A DNA stretch of 64,000 nt, from contig DASZZS010000007.1 of the NCBI GenBank assembly GCA_035543295.1, forward strand, positions 13,886 through 77,885, given 5' to 3'. Source of the DNA: Novosphingobium sp. (GTDB lineage Bacteria > Pseudomonadota > Alphaproteobacteria > Sphingomonadales > Sphingomonadaceae). The translations under genes and the position numbers were made by a program. Position 1 is the stretch's first letter, and every line of letters starts with the position of its first letter. Positions 1 to 9,664 of the stretch are shown here, piece after piece. The notes under the pieces are model-generated. The model worked only from the letters and a program-made list of their open reading frames with translations. It had not been told where the DNA came from and ran no database searches.

Positions 1-38
1 ATTCCAATGGGAAGCCGAGGGACATTAGGGAGTTTTCG

Positions 39-821
39 ATGCGCAAATCCATTGCCGGCGCGGCTGCGCTGGCGCTCGTCCTTTCCGCTAGCCCCGGCTT
101 TGCCGCCGATCGTGGTTCTTCGGGTCGCCAGGCGCAAGTCCAGGGCACGCGAGAAATCCCGCATTGCACGCGCAACCTCGGTTCGATCGCGATCGTCGAT
201 CCCGACAACGCGTGGTGGCGCGAACTCAACCTCGGCAGCCCCGAGGCGATCCTCAAGATCTTCGTCCAGCAATCGGGCTGCTTCACGCTGGTCAATCGCG
301 GCCGCTCGATGCAGAGCCGGGCGATGGAGCGCGCGATGGCCGATCAGGGCGAGCTGCAGGGCGGCTCAAACCTCGGGCGCGGCCAGGTGCGCGCGGCGGA
401 CTATTTCCTTGAGCCCAACATTGTCTCGGCCAACCGCAATTCGGGCGGCGGCGGGGCCGGCGCGGTGCTCGGCGGTCTGGGCGGGATGTTCGGCGGGATC
501 GGCCGCGCGGCGGGCGCGATTGCCGGTGGGATCAACGTCAAGAAGGGCGAGGCCAATGTAACGTTGTCGGTCGTCAATGCGCGCACCACCGAGGAAGAGG
601 CACTGGTCGAGGGCTATGCTCGCAAAACCGACACCAGCTTTGGCGCGGGCGGCGGGCTGTTCAGCGGCGGCACCTTTGGCGGCGCGGCAGGCGGCGGCTA
701 TCAGGATACCGCGATCGGCCAAGTCATCGTGCTCGCCTATCTCGACGCCTATACCAAGATGGTGACGCAACTGGGCGGGTTGCCGCAGAACGCTGCGACG
801 GCGGCTCCGCCAGCGCGTTAA
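39..821 (+). CDS. Exported CsgG/HfaB-like protein with a Gly-rich C-terminal half
   Basis: ORF 39..821 with AGGGAG 6 nt upstream of the ATG. Signal peptide MRKSIAGAAALALVLSASPGFA. The pattern GCFTLVNR...RAADYFLEPNIV resembles CsgG-like lipoproteins. The family call is from motif recollection only. Confidence 0.5.
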   Translation: MRKSIAGAAALALVLSASPGFAADRGSSGRQAQVQGTREIPHCTRNLGSIAIVDPDNAWWRELNLGSPEAILKIFVQQSGCFTLVNRGRSMQSRAMERAMADQGELQGGSNLGRGQVRAADYFLEPNIVSANRNSGGGGAGAVLGGLGGMFGGIGRAAGAIAGGINVKKGEANVTLSVVNARTTEEEALVEGYARKTDTSFGAGGGLFSGGTFGGAAGGGYQDTAIGQVIVLAYLDAYTKMVTQLGGLPQNAATAAPPAR

Positions 822-881
822 GTATCGCCGGGGGGCGTGCCATTAGGGTGCGCTCCCGGTCTTTCGTTGACGGGACACACA

Positions 882-1316
882 ATGTCCGACTTGGCCAAGC
901 GCAGGATCGATACCGTCCGGCGGCACATGGCGCTGGAAATCACCCACGACTGGGACGGCGTGATCGCGACTTTCGCGCACCCCCGTTACGAACTGCTCGG
1001 CCCCGGGACGGTGTTCGACGGCGAGGACGCGGTCCGCCATTACTTTGCCGCGTCGCGCACCCCGTTTCCCGACCAGGCGAATGAGGAGATCGGGATCGCC
1101 GCGTCGGGCGATACCGTGTTGGTCGAATTCTGGCTTACCGGCACGCACCTGGGACCGCTGTCGTTGCTGGAACGCAAGATCGCGCCGACCGGCCGCAGCT
1201 TTCGGGTGCGGATGGCGGCGAGCTTCGAGTTCGCGCCCGACAGCGATCTGATCGTGTGCGAGCGGCCCTATTACGACCAGTCGACGGTGCTGCTCGCGCT
1301 AGGGTTGTTGCCATAA
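882..1316 (+). CDS. SnoaL-like / NTF2-fold (ester cyclase-like) protein
   Basis: ORF 837..1316; the internal ATG at 882 (MSDLAKRRIDTVRRHMALE...) is the likelier start. The length (~144 aa) and the pattern VRRHMA...W..V...F....YE fit SnoaL-type cyclases. Confidence 0.6.
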   Translation: MSDLAKRRIDTVRRHMALEITHDWDGVIATFAHPRYELLGPGTVFDGEDAVRHYFAASRTPFPDQANEEIGIAASGDTVLVEFWLTGTHLGPLSLLERKIAPTGRSFRVRMAASFEFAPDSDLIVCERPYYDQSTVLLALGLLP

Positions 1317-1329
1317 GTGCGGCGCAGGC

Positions 1330-1403
1330 TGGAGCGGGTAAGGGGAATCGAACCCCTCTAGCTAGCTTGGAAGGCTAGTGCATTACCACTATGCTATACC
1401 CGC
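1330..1403 (-). tRNA. tRNA-Gly (anticodon UCC)
   Basis: The reverse complement reads GCGGGTATAGCATAGTGGTAATGCACTAGCCTTCCAAGCTAGCTAGAGGGGTTCGATTCCCCTTACCCGCTCCA. This gives a 7-bp acceptor stem, a CTAGC/GCTAG anticodon stem with loop CTTCCAA, a GGTTCGATTCC T-arm and an encoded CCA. Confidence 0.9.
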
Positions 1404-1485
1404 GCTCGCAGCGGGGCTGCGCGCGGCTATTATGCGAGGGGCCGGGCGCGGTCAATCTTCTCGCACCCGGCTGTTTCCGCCCAAC

Positions 1486-4236
1486 CTAGAAGTCGATCGA
1501 AGCCCGTGCGTAGAGGAAGCGGCCGTTGAAGCCGAACGGCGAGAAGATCGAGAACGGGATATATTCCTGGTTGGCCGGATAGAATCCGCCGACCGAGGCC
1601 GGACGCGCGCCGAAGGGTGAGCGATCGGGGTAGACGTCGAACACATTGTCCGCGCCCACCGCGAAGCTCAGCCGCTCGGTTGGCTTGAAGCGCAGCTCGA
1701 AATCCGTGATCCACTTGGCGCGCAGGAAGATATCGTCCGGGCCATAGTCGGTCAGGCTGGTCGGATTGGCGATCGGGCTGGCCGCGCCGGGCGAAGTAAC
1801 CTTGCCGTAGCGCGTGGTCCGCGCGGTGATCCCAAACACCCCGACGTCGCCATCGAGGCTCAGCACTATCTTGTCGCGCGGTTGGCCTTCGGTGAAGCGC
1901 AGTCCCTCGACGCGGCCAAACAGGATCAGCCCGGGGATGGTCGCAAGCGGCCCGAGGTCGTTCTTGCGGGCGAGGATTTTCTGCTGGTTGTAGTTGTAAG
2001 CCGCGGTCAGCGTCCACTTGCCCACGCCTTCAAGCGGCAAGCGCCAGTTGAGCACCGCGTCGACGCCCTGGGTGCGAGTGTTGAGACCGTTGATGAAGAA
2101 CCGCGCGGCGCCGACCGAAGTGAAGCCGCCCGCATCGAGCACCGCCTTGACCGCAGCGTTGACCGCGGCGGTGCCGCTACCCGCTGCGCCGAGGTTCTCG
2201 GTCAGCACGACGCGGTTGTTGATGCGGATGTTGTAGTAATCGACCGTCAGCGTGAGCCCGCGCATCGGGCTGGCGGTGAAGCCGCCCGAAAGGTTGAACG
2301 ATTTTTCGGCCTTGAGGTCCTTCGAGCCCAGCGCGCGCGCAACCGGGCTGCCCACCGCGAGCGTGCTGATATCCACCGGCAAGCCGCCGATAAAGTTGGT
2401 CGATGTCGTGGTGAAGAACTGCTGGTGCAGCGACGGCGCGCGGAACCCGTTGGAGACCGAGCCGCGGATCGCGAAGCCGGGGGTGAATTCATAGCGCGCG
2501 GCGAACTTGCCGGTCAGCGTGTTGCCGAAGTCGGAGAAGTGCTCGAACCTTGCAGCCAGCGTGGTGGTCAGGCCTTCGATCGGATCGGTGTCGAGTTCGA
2601 AATAGCCGGCAACGCTGTCACGCTTGACGTCGGTCGCGCTCGACAGCGGGATCCCGGGAAAGCCCTGCGAACCTGCGGGTGCGGCGCGGCCGGGGAAGCT
2701 GCAGACACTCGTCCCGGCGTTATAAACGCCCTGTGCGGTCAGGCAGCCCGCCGCCGTCGTCGTCACAGAGGGCTGGAACAGCGGCCCGATCGCATAGGAT
2801 TGGGTGTCGCCCGGGCGGATGTTGAACTGCTCCTGGCGGTATTCGGCACCGAAGGCGACGGTCAGCGGCTTGGCCCAGCCCATGTCGTATTCGCGGCTGA
2901 CATCGAGATTGGCGAGATACTGGCCGTAGCGCAGCCCGCCCGCGTCGAAGCTGCTCTGGCTGGATGGGCCGAAGCTGGTGTTGAGCGAATTCTGCACCTG
3001 ATAGTTGAAAGTGTTGTGGCCATAGCCGAGCGAGCCGTCGATGTTCCACTCGCCCGCGGTGGTGCGCAGCCCGACCGTGGCGGCATAGTCGGTCAGCGTC
3101 GAGGCGATGAAGGGCAGGAAGCCATCGGGGGTGAGCGGCACGAAATTGGCGGTGTTGGGCGCCTGGTTCGGCGCGAGCACCGAATAGTTGCGGTTGGCCG
3201 CCGCGCTCTGCTGGCGATAGTTGGCCGCGCTCAGCGAATCGCGCTTGTTGAAACTGGCGAAGGCATAAAGTTCGGTCGTCTCGCCCAGCGGGACGGCACT
3301 GTTGAGGAACAGCGTGAAATCGTCGGCCTTGGGATCGCCGAAGCGGAACTGGAGCCGGTTGAAAGTCAGCTCGCGCGCGTCGAAGGCTGCGGTCGGGCGG
3401 TTGTAGTTGGGCCGCAGGTCGAAGCCCTGCCGGTTGGTGTAATCGCGGTGACGATATTCGGCGGTCAGATTAAGGTAGCCGCCCGAACCGAAGAACGGCA
3501 GCCCGACGTTGCTGGCGACCGTATAGGTTTCGCCATCGCGCGCTTTGCGCTCGCCATCGGTAAGGGCGAGGAAATAGCGGCTGTCGGTCGGGTCGAGGCT
3601 CGGCTGGCCGGCCGTGACCTGCAGCCCGGTGACATTGGCGACGTTGTCGATAGTGGTGTGATACTTGCCATAGCTCACCGTCGCGCGGCCGCCTTCGTCG
3701 GCCTTTTTGAGCCGGATATTGATCACCCCGGCGATGGCGTCCGAGCCATATTGCGACGAGGCCCCGTCGCGCAGCACTTCGATCCGCTCGATCGCCAGCG
3801 CGGGGATCGAGTTGAGATCGACCGCCGCGGCACCGCGGCCCACCGTGCCGTTGATGTTGAGCAGCGCGGAGACGTGGCGGCGCTTGCCGTTGACCAGCAC
3901 CAGCGTCTGGTCGGGGGAAAGGCCGCGCAGCGTCGCCGGGCGCAGCGCATCGGAGCCGTCGGCGATAGCCGGCTGCGGGAAGTTGAAGCTGGGCACCAGC
4001 TTGCTGAGGATGCGGTTGGTCTCGGTCTGTCCGCCGTTGGTGAGGGCCTCAGCGGTCAGGACATCGACCGGGACGTTGGAATCCTCGACCGTGCGGCCGA
4101 CCGAGCGGGTGCCGGTGACGATGATCGTCGGCTCATCCGCGTCGGCCACAGCGTCCTGCGCCAGCGCGGCGCCGGGCTGGGCCACGGCAATCAGCGAAAG
4201 CGAAGCGAGCAAGGAGTTGCGGGTGGTGCGGCGCAT
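1486..4236 (-). CDS. TonB-dependent outer-membrane receptor
   Basis: ORF 1486..4365. The likely start is Met44 (4236), giving MRRTTRNSLLASLSLIAVAQPGAALA with GGGGGA upstream. There is a plug-domain motif (TIIVTGTR...) and the C-terminus ends ...LYARASIDF with the terminal aromatic typical of beta-barrels. Confidence 0.9.
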   Translation of the reverse strand: MRRTTRNSLLASLSLIAVAQPGAALAQDAVADADEPTIIVTGTRSVGRTVEDSNVPVDVLTAEALTNGGQTETNRILSKLVPSFNFPQPAIADGSDALRPATLRGLSPDQTLVLVNGKRRHVSALLNINGTVGRGAAAVDLNSIPALAIERIEVLRDGASSQYGSDAIAGVINIRLKKADEGGRATVSYGKYHTTIDNVANVTGLQVTAGQPSLDPTDSRYFLALTDGERKARDGETYTVASNVGLPFFGSGGYLNLTAEYRHRDYTNRQGFDLRPNYNRPTAAFDARELTFNRLQFRFGDPKADDFTLFLNSAVPLGETTELYAFASFNKRDSLSAANYRQQSAAANRNYSVLAPNQAPNTANFVPLTPDGFLPFIASTLTDYAATVGLRTTAGEWNIDGSLGYGHNTFNYQVQNSLNTSFGPSSQSSFDAGGLRYGQYLANLDVSREYDMGWAKPLTVAFGAEYRQEQFNIRPGDTQSYAIGPLFQPSVTTTAAGCLTAQGVYNAGTSVCSFPGRAAPAGSQGFPGIPLSSATDVKRDSVAGYFELDTDPIEGLTTTLAARFEHFSDFGNTLTGKFAARYEFTPGFAIRGSVSNGFRAPSLHQQFFTTTSTNFIGGLPVDISTLAVGSPVARALGSKDLKAEKSFNLSGGFTASPMRGLTLTVDYYNIRINNRVVLTENLGAAGSGTAAVNAAVKAVLDAGGFTSVGAARFFINGLNTRTQGVDAVLNWRLPLEGVGKWTLTAAYNYNQQKILARKNDLGPLATIPGLILFGRVEGLRFTEGQPRDKIVLSLDGDVGVFGITARTTRYGKVTSPGAASPIANPTSLTDYGPDDIFLRAKWITDFELRFKPTERLSFAVGADNVFDVYPDRSPFGARPASVGGFYPANQEYIPFSIFSPFGFNGRFLYARASIDF

Positions 4237-4448
4237 TATGAATCCCCCTATGCGGCAGTGCTGCGATTTCGCGGCGCACTGATGCGGACCCTGCGGTTCT
4301 AGTTGCATAACGCCATTGAACAAGCGTCCGGACAACGATTTTCGGGCGCTGTTGCCGCAATGCAACGAATGGCGCGGGTCTTTCCAGCAAAATTATTCGC
4401 TCGACGCAGGGGCTGGTCAGGAAGAATTGCAGCGGCCATTGGAGCCCA

Positions 4449-5714
4449 ATGCGCCCCCCTTCGCTTCCCACCCGCCAACCGGCCGCGCTGAGCGAGGGCG
4501 AGTTCATCTTCATGATGGCGATGCTCATGGCGCTGCAGGCGCTGTGCATCGACGCGATGCTGCCCGCGCTCGGCGCGATTGCCGGAGACCTGGGCGTAAC
4601 CGACCCCAACCGTCGCCAGCTGGTGGTGGGGGTCTATCTGTTCGCCTCGGGGATCGGTGCGCTGTTCCCCGGCGCGCTGGCCGACCGCTTCGGGCGGCGC
4701 CCGGTGCTGCTGTGCAGCCTGGCCATCTACCTGCTGCTCGCGCTGGGCTGTGCGCTGGTTACCGATTTTACCGTGCTGCTGGTGCTGCGCGCCTTGCAGG
4801 CGCTGGGCAGCGCGGGACTGTCGGTGCTGCCCCAGGCCATCATCCGCGACCGGTTCGGCGGTGACCGCATGGCGCGGATGCTGTCGACGGTCTCGATGGT
4901 GTTCATGGTCGTCCCGATCCTCGCGCCAAGCCTGGGCCAGATGATCCTGCTGTTTGCCAGCTGGCGGTGGATTTTCGGCGGCATGGCGGTGTTGGCGCTG
5001 GTAATGGCGGGGTGGACCTGGTTCCGCCTGCCCGAAACGCTGCATCCCGAATATCGCCAGACTATCGCGCCGCGCGACATCGTCCGCAACATGGGCGCAG
5101 CGGCGATGAACCGCGCCGCGTTCGGCTATGTGGTTGGCAGTGCCTTGGTGACGGGCGCAATGTTCGGCTACATCAACAGCGCGCAGCAGCTGGTTGCCGA
5201 GCATTTCGGGGCGGGCAAGCTGTTCCCGCTGCTGTTCGGGGCAAGCGCGGTGATGCTGGCAATCGCCAGCTTCGCCAATTCGCGGATCGTCGAGCGGTTC
5301 GGTGCGCGCCGGGTGTCGCACACCGCGTTGCTGACCTATCTCGCGGCGAGCGCGCTGCAGATCTATCTGGCGCATTCGCCGCACCAGACGCTGTGGAGCT
5401 TCATGCCGCTGATATCGGTCAATATCCTGCTACTTGGCTTCATCGGGGCCAATTTCGGCTCGATCGCGCTCCAGCCGTTTGCGCGGATCGCGGGCGCGGC
5501 CTCGTCGCTCCAGGCCTTCGTGCGGATGGTGGTGGGCGGGACAATCGGCGCGATTATCGGCCAGGCATTCGACAATTCGGCACGTCCGCTGGCGTTCGGG
5601 CTGCTGGTCTGCGCGCTGGCATCGCTGTCGCTGGTACTGTTCAGCGAGCGCGGACGACTGTTCCGCCGCCTGCATCCGCCGGGCACCCCGCGTCTGCAAC
5701 CCGACGCGATGTAG
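4449..5714 (+). CDS. MFS transporter, Bcr/CflA-type drug-resistance subfamily
   Basis: 421-aa polytopic ORF. The N-terminal pattern EFIFMMAMLMALQALCIDAMLPALGAIAGDLG and the motif GALADRFGRRPVLL are typical of Bcr/CflA MFS pumps. Confidence 0.85.
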   Translation: MRPPSLPTRQPAALSEGEFIFMMAMLMALQALCIDAMLPALGAIAGDLGVTDPNRRQLVVGVYLFASGIGALFPGALADRFGRRPVLLCSLAIYLLLALGCALVTDFTVLLVLRALQALGSAGLSVLPQAIIRDRFGGDRMARMLSTVSMVFMVVPILAPSLGQMILLFASWRWIFGGMAVLALVMAGWTWFRLPETLHPEYRQTIAPRDIVRNMGAAAMNRAAFGYVVGSALVTGAMFGYINSAQQLVAEHFGAGKLFPLLFGASAVMLAIASFANSRIVERFGARRVSHTALLTYLAASALQIYLAHSPHQTLWSFMPLISVNILLLGFIGANFGSIALQPFARIAGAASSLQAFVRMVVGGTIGAIIGQAFDNSARPLAFGLLVCALASLSLVLFSERGRLFRRLHPPGTPRLQPDAM

Positions 5715-7186
5715 TGGATACGCTGTTCGACTTGGCGGTGATCGGCGGCGGCGTGAATGGCGCGGGCATTGCGCGCGATGCTGCGGGACGCGGCGCCAAG
5801 GTGCTGCTGCTCGAGGCGGGCGATCTCGCGCAAGGCACCTCCTCGGCCTCGACCAAGCTGATCCATGGCGGGCTGCGCTACCTCGAGCATTACGAATTCG
5901 GTCTGGTGCGCGAGTCGCTCAAAGAGCGCGAAGCGCTGTGGGCCATCGCCCCGCACATCATCCGCCCGCTGCGCTTTGTGCTGCCGCACGTCCCGGGGCT
6001 GCGGCCGCGCTGGCTGCTGCGGCTGGGATTGTTCCTCTATGACCATATCGGCGGGCGCAAGCTCCTGCCTGCTACGCGCACGGTCGATCTTGCCAACCAC
6101 CCCGCGGGTGCGCCGCTCAAGCCGCAATACCGCAAGGGCTTCGAATATAGCGACGGCTGCGTCGATGACGCGCGGCTGGTTGCGCTCAACGCCAAGGACG
6201 CGGCGGAGCGCGGGGCGCAGGTGCACACCCGCACGCCGGTTACTGGCACCCGGCGCGAGGACGGTCACTGGGTGATCGAAACTCCCGCCGGATCATTCCG
6301 CGCGAAGGCTTTGGTCAACGCTGCGGGTCCCTCGGTGCTGGCGGTGCTGGGCTTGACCGGCGAAGCGCCCGATTACGGGATGCGGCTGGTGCGCGGCTCG
6401 CACATCGTGGTGCGCCAGCTGTTCGACCATCCCTACGCCTATTTCTTCCAGCTCGCCGACGGGCGGATCTTCTTCGCCATCCCATTCGAGCGCGATTTCA
6501 CGCTGATCGGCACGACCGACCGCGATCACACCGGCAGCCTTGCCGAGGTCCACGCCAGCGAGGAAGAAATCGCCTATCTGTGCGAGGGGGCGAGCACCTA
6601 TTTCCGCGCGCCGATTTCCCCGACCGATGTGGTCTGGACCTACTCGGGGGTTCGCCCGCTGATCGACGATGGTTCGGGTCGGCCCGAAGCAGCGACCCGC
6701 GGCTACCGGCTTGAGCTGTCCGAACCCGAGGAGGGCGCGCCGATCCTCAGCGTCTATGGCGGCAAGATCACCACTTTTCGCCGCCTTGGCGAGGAAGCGG
6801 TCGATTTGCTCGCCGAGCGGCTCGATGTGCTGTCGGGCCCGGCGTGGACGCGGACCCAGGCGCTGCCCGGGGGCGATTTCCCGGTCGATGGCGTCGCTGC
6901 GCTCGAAGCGCAACTGGCGGCGCGCTACCCGTTCCTCGATGCGGCGAGCATTGACCGGATCATCAAGGCCTATGGCACCCGCGCGTTCCGCTGGCTGGGC
7001 GAAGTCTCAGGCTGGCAGGCGCTGGGGCGCGATTTCGGCGCAGGGCTGACCCAGGCCGAGGTCGATTATCTGGTGGCCGAGGAATGGGCGCAAACTGCCG
7101 AGGATGTGCTGTGGCGGCGCAGCAAGCTGGGACTGCACCTGACTGCCCAGCAGTGTGATGCGCTGGCCGACTATCTAACGTCCTGA
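5714..7186 (+). CDS. glpD: Glycerol-3-phosphate dehydrogenase (FAD-dependent)
   Basis: In-frame GTG at 5714 overlaps the MFS stop (TAGTG). It has the FAD fold DLAVIGGGVNGAGIARDAAGRG and the GlpD pattern TSSASTKLIHGGLRYLEHYEF. Confidence 0.9.
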   Translation: MDTLFDLAVIGGGVNGAGIARDAAGRGAKVLLLEAGDLAQGTSSASTKLIHGGLRYLEHYEFGLVRESLKEREALWAIAPHIIRPLRFVLPHVPGLRPRWLLRLGLFLYDHIGGRKLLPATRTVDLANHPAGAPLKPQYRKGFEYSDGCVDDARLVALNAKDAAERGAQVHTRTPVTGTRREDGHWVIETPAGSFRAKALVNAAGPSVLAVLGLTGEAPDYGMRLVRGSHIVVRQLFDHPYAYFFQLADGRIFFAIPFERDFTLIGTTDRDHTGSLAEVHASEEEIAYLCEGASTYFRAPISPTDVVWTYSGVRPLIDDGSGRPEAATRGYRLELSEPEEGAPILSVYGGKITTFRRLGEEAVDLLAERLDVLSGPAWTRTQALPGGDFPVDGVAALEAQLAARYPFLDAASIDRIIKAYGTRAFRWLGEVSGWQALGRDFGAGLTQAEVDYLVAEEWAQTAEDVLWRRSKLGLHLTAQQCDALADYLTS

Positions 7187-8718
7187 CCCAGCGCGCGCCA
7201 CGCCAGATCGGCGAATTCGCACAGCAGCGGTCTTGTATCGCGCGGGTCGATAATATCCTCGATCCCGAACCGCTCGGCGGTGCGGAAGGGTGAGCGCAGC
7301 CGGTTGAGCCGCTCGCGGATCGCCTCGAGATGCGCGGCGGGGTCTTCGGAGGCTTCGAGCTCGCTCTTGTAGGCGACCTCGATCCCGCCCTCGATCGGCA
7401 GGCTGCCCCAGTCGCCGCTGGGCCAGGCAAAGCGATACTGGAAGGCATCGGCGTTGCTCATCGCGCTGCCCGCGATGCCATAGGCGCGGCGGATCACGAC
7501 CGAGCAGAGCGGGACAGTCGCCTGATAGATCGCGTTCATCGCCTGCACGCCATAGCGGATCGTGCCGCTGCTTTCGGCGGCAAGGCCGATCATGAACCCC
7601 GGATTGTCGACCAGATGGACGATCGGCAGGCGGAACTGGTCGGCCAGATTGACGAACCGTTCGACCTTTTCGCTGGTCCGCGCTTCCCATGAACCGCCGA
7701 GGAAGCTGGGATCGCTCGCCAGCACTGCCACCGGCCAGCCGTCGAGCCGGGCGAAGGCGGTGATCGCGGCGCGGCCCCACAGTCGCCCCATCTCGAAGGT
7801 GCTGCCCGTATCGAACACCGCATCGAGCAGGCGGCGCATCGAATAGACCTGCTTGGCCTCGCGCGGGACGAGCGAGAGCAGCAGCTCTTCGCGGCGTTCG
7901 ACCGGGTCCGAGCAGGCTTTGCGTGGCGCGGGGTGACCAACGGACGCAGGCAAATAGGACAGGAAGCGCCGCGCGCGGGCGAAGGCTTCCTCCTCCGAGG
8001 CAACTTCCTCGTCGACCACGCCGTTGCGGGTATGGATGTCGCTGCCGCCGAGACTTTCCTTGTCGCTGACCTCGCCCAGCGCTTCGACCACTGCGGGACC
8101 GGCGGCAAACAGCTGCGAGAGGCCTTTGACCATCAGCGAGTAATGGCTGGCGACAACGCGCGCCGCGCCCAGCCCCGCGGTCGGCCCCAGCGCCAGCGCG
8201 ACCACCGGCACCGTGGCGAGGTTCTTGACCACGTCGCTCCAACCCGGGACCGCGGGCACATAGGTCGCGCCGATGGTCTCCAGCGTCTTGACCGAACCGC
8301 CTCCGCCGGTCCCGTCGATCATCCGCACCAGCGGCAGCCGCAGCGTATGCGCCATCGCCTCGCACTGGGTGAACTTGCGGTGGATCGCCGCATCCGCCGC
8401 GCCGCCGCGCACCGTGAAGTCGTCGGCCGAGGCGACCACCGGGCGACCATCGATATCGGCGCGGCCGAAGATGAAGTTGGAGGGCGAAAGCCCGGTCAGC
8501 TCGTCATCGGCGTCGTAGTGCCCCTTGCCCGCGATCTTGCCGATCTCGCGGAAACTGCCCGGATCGATCAGTCCGGCAATGCGGGCGCGGGCATCCATTT
8601 TTCCGCGACCATGCTGGCGCGCGACTTTCTCCGCCCCGCCCATTGCTTCGGCCAAATCCTCGCGGCGGCGCAGTTCTTCGACTTCGCGCAGCCAGCTCAT
8701 CGGGCGGTATCGGGGCAA
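7171..8718 (-). CDS. Acyl-CoA carboxylase carboxyltransferase (beta) subunit family protein
   Basis: 515-aa ORF with an alternative start at 8700. Carboxyl-transferase pattern: GKMDARARIAGLIDPGSF, GGAADA, DGTGGGGS, and a second-half PIVHLVDNPGF. Confidence 0.85.
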   Translation of the reverse strand: MPRYRPMSWLREVEELRRREDLAEAMGGAEKVARQHGRGKMDARARIAGLIDPGSFREIGKIAGKGHYDADDELTGLSPSNFIFGRADIDGRPVVASADDFTVRGGAADAAIHRKFTQCEAMAHTLRLPLVRMIDGTGGGGSVKTLETIGATYVPAVPGWSDVVKNLATVPVVALALGPTAGLGAARVVASHYSLMVKGLSQLFAAGPAVVEALGEVSDKESLGGSDIHTRNGVVDEEVASEEEAFARARRFLSYLPASVGHPAPRKACSDPVERREELLLSLVPREAKQVYSMRRLLDAVFDTGSTFEMGRLWGRAAITAFARLDGWPVAVLASDPSFLGGSWEARTSEKVERFVNLADQFRLPIVHLVDNPGFMIGLAAESSGTIRYGVQAMNAIYQATVPLCSVVIRRAYGIAGSAMSNADAFQYRFAWPSGDWGSLPIEGGIEVAYKSELEASEDPAAHLEAIRERLNRLRSPFRTAERFGIEDIIDPRDTRPLLCEFADLAWRALGQDVR

Positions 8719-8869
8719 GCAATCATGCCCGGTGGCTAAGCTGCCTGCGGTTCCGGCGCAATGGCCAGCTTGGGGGCCAGCTTGCGTTGCCTTGCCCCTT
8801 GCGCTTGGCGGACGGCCTGACTAGAGCGGCGCGCAATCGCGCAGAGCACAATCGACGAGGCCTTTTTCG

Positions 8870-9484
8870 ATGGAAGACCGTTTCAATACCATCGCCGGCT
8901 GGACGCTGTTTTCCGGCATCGTCGCGCTCGGTCTGTCGAGCCTCAGCGGCAAATATTACGAAGCCAACAAGAGCCATCCGCCGCACACCCCGGGGTACGT
9001 CATCGAAGGCGTGGTTTCGAGCCAGGATGGCGCGGCCGCCGCGGTGCCGATCGAAACGCTGCTGGCTGCCGCCGATCCCGCCAAGGGCGAAGCGGTGTTC
9101 AAGAAGTGCACCTCGTGCCACACGGTAACTGCGGGCGGTGCCAATGGCATCGGGCCGAACCTCAATGGCGTGGTTGGCGAGGGGATCGCGGCGGGCCGCG
9201 GCGGGTTTGCCTTTTCGGACGCACTCAAAAGCCATGGCGGAAGCTGGAGCTTCGCCAATCTCAACGAGTGGCTGACCAGCCCCAAGAAGTTCGCCAACGG
9301 CACCAAGATGAGCTTTGCAGGCCTCGGCAGCGCCGAAGACCGCGCCAATCTGATGGTCTATCTGAACTCGCAGGGTTCGAATGTTCCGCTGCCCGCCGCT
9401 CCGCCTGCGGGCGATGCGGCGGCGGTAGCCGACACTGCCGCGGGAACGGCTCCGCCCGCCAAGGGCGAACCGGCCAAGAAGTAA
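8870..9484 (+). CDS. Membrane-anchored class I cytochrome c
   Basis: N-terminal TM helix (TIAGWTLFSGIVALGLSSL), a CTSCH heme-binding motif, a distal ...GTKMSFAGL Met ligand context, and an Ala/Pro-rich tail. Confidence 0.8.
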   Translation: MEDRFNTIAGWTLFSGIVALGLSSLSGKYYEANKSHPPHTPGYVIEGVVSSQDGAAAAVPIETLLAAADPAKGEAVFKKCTSCHTVTAGGANGIGPNLNGVVGEGIAAGRGGFAFSDALKSHGGSWSFANLNEWLTSPKKFANGTKMSFAGLGSAEDRANLMVYLNSQGSNVPLPAAPPAGDAAAVADTAAGTAPPAKGEPAKK

Positions 9485-9510
9485 CCGATTTCCGGGCAGG
9501 AAATTTGCAG

Positions 9511-9538
9511 CGGGCGGTGCGAAGGCACCGCCCGTTTT
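9511..9538 (+). terminator. Intrinsic terminator of the cytochrome c gene
   Basis: 10-bp stem CGGGCGGTGC/GCACCGCCCG with a GAAG loop, followed by TTTT, 27 nt after the stop codon. Confidence 0.7.
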
Positions 9539-9566
9539 GCGTTGAACCCGACGAGCGAAGACCGGA

Positions 9567-9658
9567 TAAAAAGGAGGCCTCCGTTCGTTAAAAAACGGAG
9601 GCCTCTCGGGATCGTATCACCACCGTTTGGACGGGAGGGGGGGTCTCGGCGGTGACAC
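9567..9658 (-). ncRNA. Candidate EcfG-dependent small RNA (~90 nt) with a C-rich loop
   Basis: Bounded by a perfect minus-strand GGAAC-N16-CGTT box (9689-9665) and a minus-strand-only intrinsic terminator: 12-bp stem 9574-9585/9594-9605 followed by CTTTTTAT. There is no credible ORF. A paper fold gives a 9-bp stem (9647-9655/9617-9625) with loop AGACCCCCCCUCCCGUCCAAA. The transcript ends are estimates. Confidence 0.5.
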
Positions 9659-9664
9659 AGGGGA

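Noticed and set aside
1882-4302. 806-aa plus-strand ORF
   Set aside because: It lies entirely antisense to the well-supported TonB-dependent receptor. The composition is Arg/Ala/Gly-rich with no recognisable motifs. This is a typical high-GC shadow ORF.
4237-4448. Possible riboswitch (cobalamin or TPP) in the leader of the TonB-dependent receptor
   Set aside because: Reading the minus-strand leader, I found no B12-box or thi-box-like conserved core. Only short inverted repeats are present.
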